Part shown: positions 58,431 through 64,000 of the stretch, piece by piece
How the letters are laid out: each line of letters opens with the position of its first letter
Numbering within the stretch: position 1 is the first letter of the stretch
Assembly (NCBI GenBank): GCA_030390025.1
Contig: CM059431.1
Location: 118,236,001 to 118,300,000, forward strand
From: Squalus acanthias
Taxonomy: Eukaryota
Reading direction: 5' to 3'
Length of the DNA stretch: 64,000 nucleotides
Program-made: the position numbers and the translations under genes
Notes under the pieces: model-generated
What the model saw: only the letters and a program-made list of their open reading frames with translations
The model's database searches: none
What the model was told of the DNA's origin: nothing

Positions 58431-59867
58431 CATGTAAGTCTATCAGCATAGCCTTCTTTTAACCCTCTCCCTCATGTGCTTATCTATATTCCATCTATGT
58501 ACAATACTTCACCTTTAATATCTCCAGGCTTTTTTCCCTGCAGTGCTCTGCTCCAAAGAAGCCTCCAACGTTCACGGCGGAGCAGGTAGTCGACTGTCAA
58601 CAGAGCCCCCGTTAAAGTGTATAAATTGTTTTCACAAATATTCACTGAGCTAAACACAGCAATTGTTAACACTCACGACAGCCCTTGGAGCTAAAATTGC
58701 AGCGATATGTTCAGCAGCTTGTCTGACAATGTCTCAGCAGTGTTATGGCCGACAAAAAAGTTTCCCCAAGATGGCGCCTTTAAACAGCGCGCGTGGAGCC
58801 GACTCCCGACTGCAACTCGACAGCTGGTGCTGTCGTTGTTAGCGGCGGGCGGTAAGTGAGGGGGCGCGGCCAAATTTTGCATCCGGGGCGCTAACAGGGC
58901 GCTGTGCACAGCGATGACATCATCATCACTGGGTGCGGCCGAGCGGGGCGGTACCTACAGGAGCAGGGAGCTAACTGTTAGCGCCTCCGCAAAAACCCGG
59001 CCCAATTTAGCTCGGGTAGCTAATTTCACTGCGCCCGGGCGAGAACCCATTTACACCCCATTAGCGCCCCATGGAGGCGCTGAAGGCAGGCGCAAAGCAG
59101 CCGAATTTCGCACCCTAAAACTGCATCTTTAGAAAAAAGTTTAATCTGTGCATCTTCTCAAGATGGTTAGTCAATATTTGCCAGTTCAGAAGGAAATAAT
59201 GAGAGAGTCTAAACATATTTTATGAAGATGCAAGCTTGACTGAAGCATCCCAGTGAAAAATATCAAATTGATGTAATTTGCTAACAAAACATGTGCATTT
59301 TCCTCAGGGATAATTATTTTCAGTGAGATTGTGGTTCTTAATTAATACTAATTACATCCAAGGAAGTCAGGTCAGTGGCTTTGATTATGGCCAGTATGTT
59401 TAATTTATTAATTGAAATTTGTAGTTGTGAAATATGGACCAGTAGTCAACAACATTGACAGTTTTCCATGTGGCTGAGATGACAACAGAAACCAGCCAAA
59501 CTGGGAAAGCTTGTGTAGTTAAATTGGAACATTAGAGAGCATTTTAAATGTTGCAAAACCTAGGTGAAAAGCTATGGCCCCATAGTGCAGGAGGCCAGCA
59601 AGGCTAAAAAGTGTAGAAGAGAAGACAAGATAAATGAGGACGTCATGATTAGGCTATACCAAGTTTGAGTTTTAACAGTCTGAAATTTGTAGGACAAAAG
59701 GCAGACCAAGAAGGTGAAATCCCTTCTGTGCTGATCATTTTAGCAAAACCTTTTGCAGAAGTGCAAATACTGCTTTACCCTAATTTCAATTTCTCAGTCA
59801 AGTCATTGAAAGGTGAAATTGTAACTCTCAAGGGAGGTGAGGCATCCGACAGTTTCAAGATCCTAGA

Positions 59868-60003
59868 AAAGAACATAAGAACATAAGAAATAGGAGCAGG
59901 AGTAGGCCATTCAGCCCTTCTAGCCTGCTCCGCCATTCAATAAGATCATGGCTGATCTTCTACCTCAACTCCACCTTCCCGCACAATCCCCATATCCCTT
60001 GAT
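59868..60003 (-). mobile_element. Short CR1-type 3' end
   Basis: AAGAACATAAGAACATAAGAAATAGGAGCAGGAG tail. Confidence 0.8.
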
Positions 60004-60016
60004 ACCCAACAACTTA

Positions 60017-61729
60017 GGCCACGATTTTACGAACATTGGCGGGTCCAAGGTGGGTGATGTCGGTGGCGGGTCCCAACCCTGCTGCTGGTTCCATCCTGGC
60101 CTCCGACATGACTTTCCGATGATTGGAATTGTTAAGCCTGCCCAGCAGGTTTCCCGGCCAATTGAAGAAAGCAGGTCTGATGACGCCATTTATGACGCGT
60201 CATCAGCCGGTTTCCTTAAAAGGACCATGCCCAAATTTAGTTTGACATTTGTGCTGCCAGTGTTCAACAGCATTGAGGTGCTGCAAACACTGACAAGCAC
60301 TGCACAGAGATGGAGGGCTGCACCCAGGTTCTCCCATGACTCCCTCCATATGCATGGGCAGAAGAGACCTCCCCAGGACACCAACGCAGCCTGGTTGCAC
60401 ATTGCAGAGGAGGACACAAGCAGGGATGTTGTCAGGAGGACCAGGCTGCAGTAGCGCAAACCTTTCAATGATCTCAGTAGATCACAAAACGTTACTGCAA
60501 AGACAAACTCAACCTCAATCTGCTGTGCCACTCATCACATCCGCATCACTCTGCCTTCCCTACCCTACTCCTGCACATCGTTACTCACACCAACTTACCT
60601 TGCACCTCCACCTATCCCTCTCTATCTACATTATCACATCCCCATCTCACTAACTAACCCCACACTCACCCTCATCCTAGTGCAATCATACTAACTAACA
60701 ACACACAAGGGTAGGCACTTGGCTGTTATCGTCAATGATCATGTGAAGTTTCTGTTAATGTGCTGCCAAACATTCAAATCTTTATTTTCAACACTTCTTG
60801 AACAGATTTGTGTGCACCTTTGGAAGTGGCTCAGTGAGTTGCAGTGAATGGTGAGACATAACGGTACCCCTGCAATGGTCATGCGTGTGTAGGGATGCTT
60901 TATGTTGTTGGTGTGGGGTGGTGCCAACCTGGCGTGTCATGTGACAGCCAAGGTGTGCAGCGTCAAGTGAAGTAAATGTGGCCATGGTGAGGCCATCCCT
61001 GGCCGGGTGGGCAGCAATGTGGTCGGGTGCTGATGCCCTGTGTCCTGTGCAGCATCAGGTGATTGCAGAGAAGGTTGGTGTTGTTTTGGTGCTGCTGGTG
61101 TGCCTGGTGCTTCTGGTGCGCCTAGTGATGCTGGTGTTTGGGCTGATTGTGGTGGGATTCTGAGGACCAAGGTGAGAGAGTTTCAAGGACACCCATGCTG
61201 ATGGAATAGATGGCAGGTGAAGTAGAGATGATAGAAGTAATCTGTCAATGGTGGGAGAGGTAATGAGGTCAGACTGGATGGAGACTTGTGTAAAGACTTG
61301 CAGCATTCTGAATCTGTAGTGGAAATGCAGTTTAGAGAAGCTAGTGGTTAAGGGAACATATCTCAATCAGCTGGGAGCTTTGACTTGACATTTGAAGCTG
61401 TCAACTCATCAGCTGATTCAATGGCCACTGACCTCCCGCCTCAGCTTCACAGATGAGGTCCAGGCACAGCGGGAAACTGGTGGGCGAACTGTCAAATTCA
61501 AAAGGCTGGGAAAAGGCCATTGATAAGTGGCTGTAAACAAGCCACTAATGATTTTAATTGCCTCCCCCGCTGCTGCCTGTCCGTTCTGCTCAGCGCTGAC
61601 AGACCCGACATTGGGAAAGTCCCGTGTGCGCGTTTTGATAGTGGGTTCCCAACCCGCTGCCAATCATTTAAAATTTAACAGCTGACCCGCCACCCATCCC
61701 ATTCACTGAGTGCCAGCAAAATTCCGGTC
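60017..61729. mobile_element. Degenerate Harbinger-family element, copy 3 (inverted relative to copies 1-2)
   Basis: Ends GGCCACGATTTT / AAAATTCCGGTC with TSD TTA on both sides. Myb remnant AAPRFSHDSLHM..TNAAWLHIAEE. Confidence 0.82.
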
Positions 61730-62679
61730 TTAGTGTGGGAGGTGGTAAAATGAGTCTTTAGTTTTTACAGTGAGGATGTAAGCAGGAAGAACATGAAGGA
61801 CAGCAGCTTTGGTGTTTAGGAAGGACAAAAGAAGAAACTTCAGAAGAGCAATGATTAAGTCGAGTACAACAAGAAATGTTGGGGCTACAATTTGTCTTTG
61901 GTGGTATCACAAAATGGGCGATAGTGAGACGGCAGCTCAGTTTACACCCCGCCACTCAAGTCAATCGAAAAGAAAGCCTGGTGAGGTGTAAAACGGGCTG
62001 TCAATTATTTATCGCTGGAGGACCAATTTCACCTCATTGTTGTGAAATTCCTGCTTTCTTTAGATCTAGCAAAGAAGTTTATAAAAGCTGCTGGAATTTA
62101 TGCTGAAAATGGCAACAGACTATTCAACCATATTTAGCACTGACCATTTCTAGTTTTCTTAAAATGGATCAACAAACTTTTGCAAAAATCGAGGTAAAAA
62201 ACATTTTGTTGCCTGTTCAGGCATTGGTAGGCCAGGCTTGTGATATTTGTATTCAATTATACACCCTTTGAGGCTTGTCAAAAAGTGAAAATTTAATACC
62301 GGGTTAAATGGCCAACAACAACAACAACTTGTATTTATATCGTGCCTTTAACATAGTAAAACGTCCCAAGGAGTAATATAAGACAAAAAAATATTGACAC
62401 TATCAAAGGGCAATTTTTGAAGTATTTCATGGAGAGGAAAAGGACAGATCTGTTACAAATTCACATCTGCTGTAAATGCCTTCTCAGTTTCAGTGTTGAC
62501 AGTCACTCTCATAAGCGGTCTAAGTGTCTTACTTTTATGGGCGTTGTCTCACACTACCCTATATCTGCACACAAAATATTATAACCCAGGAATGCAATGA
62601 TAGAATCCCCTTGAGATCTCAACTGAATATTTGTGTCTTTCACAAGAATCCTTTTTCAATCTCTCCAAAGACAGACTGA

Positions 62680-63500
62680 GCAAACACTTGACGAGGCATG
62701 GTCTGATAGGAAACAATAGGCTGCTTTATTTTACACTGAAGTGAACGTACAGAACAGTCATTATGACTAGACTCACTTCATTCAACAAGCACAATTTTCG
62801 CGTAATGAGGCAAAATAAAGAACATGCGATGCACCCCCACCTCAGTGGGTCATCTTAATTGACTTAAACAAGATGGCTTATAACTATTCTACAGCATTTC
62901 TAAGTTCTTTACCTCAGTAAAAGCCCTTGCAGCTTTCCCTTTAACAAATCTGACTGTGTGCTATTAGTGAGTTGCCCACAATGAATGCATCATGATAGAC
63001 ACCCACTTGCTGCGCATATACATGCAAAATGTACAGCCAGCCATTGCAAACCATCTGAACATTGAGGGAATGGTAGACTTTTCTGTTCCTGTGGCTTTCT
63101 TAGTTCAGAAGGGGAGCCTTTAATGCAATGTACGTTCCATCGATCTTCCGCAGCACTCTGGGTAAGCCACCAATCCTGTAAAAACTTAATGCCCTCTGCC
63201 TTTGCTATATGGAAAAGGGCATCAGTTACCTGTCAAATGCAAGTCCTCACTGTCCCTTGACTAATCCTGCACAGGTCCCTCGTGGATGCCTGGAAGGATA
63301 GAGACCCATAAAAGTTGAAGTCCATGGTGACCATTAGTTCTACAGTCAAGGCTTTGCTGCAAGTAGATCAGGGTTTTAAGTCATCATGGAGCAAGCTGTA
63401 GAATTGGCCGATGGTTTCCTTTGTAAAGCTTAGCCATCACACAGTCAGTTCCTCAGACATCTCCTATAATGTCAATCAAGGCCTATACACTCTTTGAGCC
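62680..63500 (-). pseudogene. Old decayed Harbinger transposase remnant
   Basis: The minus strand gives LSFTKETI..LLHDDLKP..ALTVELMVTMDFNFY..FQAST.DLCRISQ fragments resembling the H1/H2 transposase N-terminus. Confidence 0.5.
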
Positions 63501-64000
63501 GGGTACTTGCATATGGGGTGCTGTCTCCTCTGGTGGTGCTTCACTCTCCGATCTCTTGTCTCTGGTTCTTTTCCTCCTGTTTGTCTTCTTCCATTATAAT
63601 AGCAGGCAGGAGTAGAGCCAGAAAAAGAGTCATTTTTATTTCTCAAAAGGAATGGGAAATGGCTGTCTGTATTAACAGGATAAGAAATGCTTCAACCCTT
63701 CATGGAGCAGCTGATTTGCACCTGCTTCAGGTGCCTGAAAACCTGGTCATAATTAGAAGAGAGCCTCTTCTTAATTGTAACTTAAAAGGACGGGAGTTCA
63801 GGATTGGGGCAAATTCTGAAAGCCTTGGAAAAGGTCAGAAAGCATCTGAACTAATTAGCAGCCTTTGCCAATATTGAACAGGAAGGAAACTAAAAAAGTG
63901 ATGGGTAAAAATGAAGGGAAAGGGAGCCAAAGTACAGACATGAAACTGCAGGCAAGTTATGGAGCGGTCCAGGCATATGGTAGCTGAAGGTATTCCTGCA

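Larger units (their letters stand above)
31600..59115. mobile_element. Harbinger transposon H1 (degenerate, left end unresolved), split by the nested insertions 34981-58515
   Basis: Convergent Myb/SANT and DDE transposase genes. The right arm resumes at ~58520 and ends CCGAATTTCGCACCC followed by TAA. Confidence 0.75.

Overview
Vertebrate genomic DNA made up almost entirely of transposable elements. No host exon is recognisable. The CR1-type LINE tails suggest a cartilaginous fish, but that is inference. The centrepiece is a family of endogenous retrovirus-like elements with ~1.6-1.7 kb TG...CA LTRs, 4-bp TSDs and a tRNA-Arg PBS that overlaps the gag ATG. Provirus A (12943-20447, +) has gag, then a TGA-CTAG readthrough-type stop, then PR-RT-tether-RNase H, and lost IN and its 3' part by a later deletion. 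Proviruses B (35092-58430, +) and C (43316-57270, -, inserted in B's 3' LTR) share a pol-less layout: gag, the same stop context, an in-frame coiled-coil/acidic ORF-X, and an env with an Ig-like domain ahead of a furin-cleaved, F-protein-like fusogen. The dual RNase H and F-like env point to the lokiretrovirus lineage. The rest comprises a solo LTR of this family, two other solo LTRs, two Myb/SANT+DDE Harbinger transposons (one near-intact), several Harbinger derivatives and MITEs, LINE fragments and a minimal hammerhead ribozyme motif. A six-layer nested insertion can be reconstructed, with exact TSDs for three of the layers.
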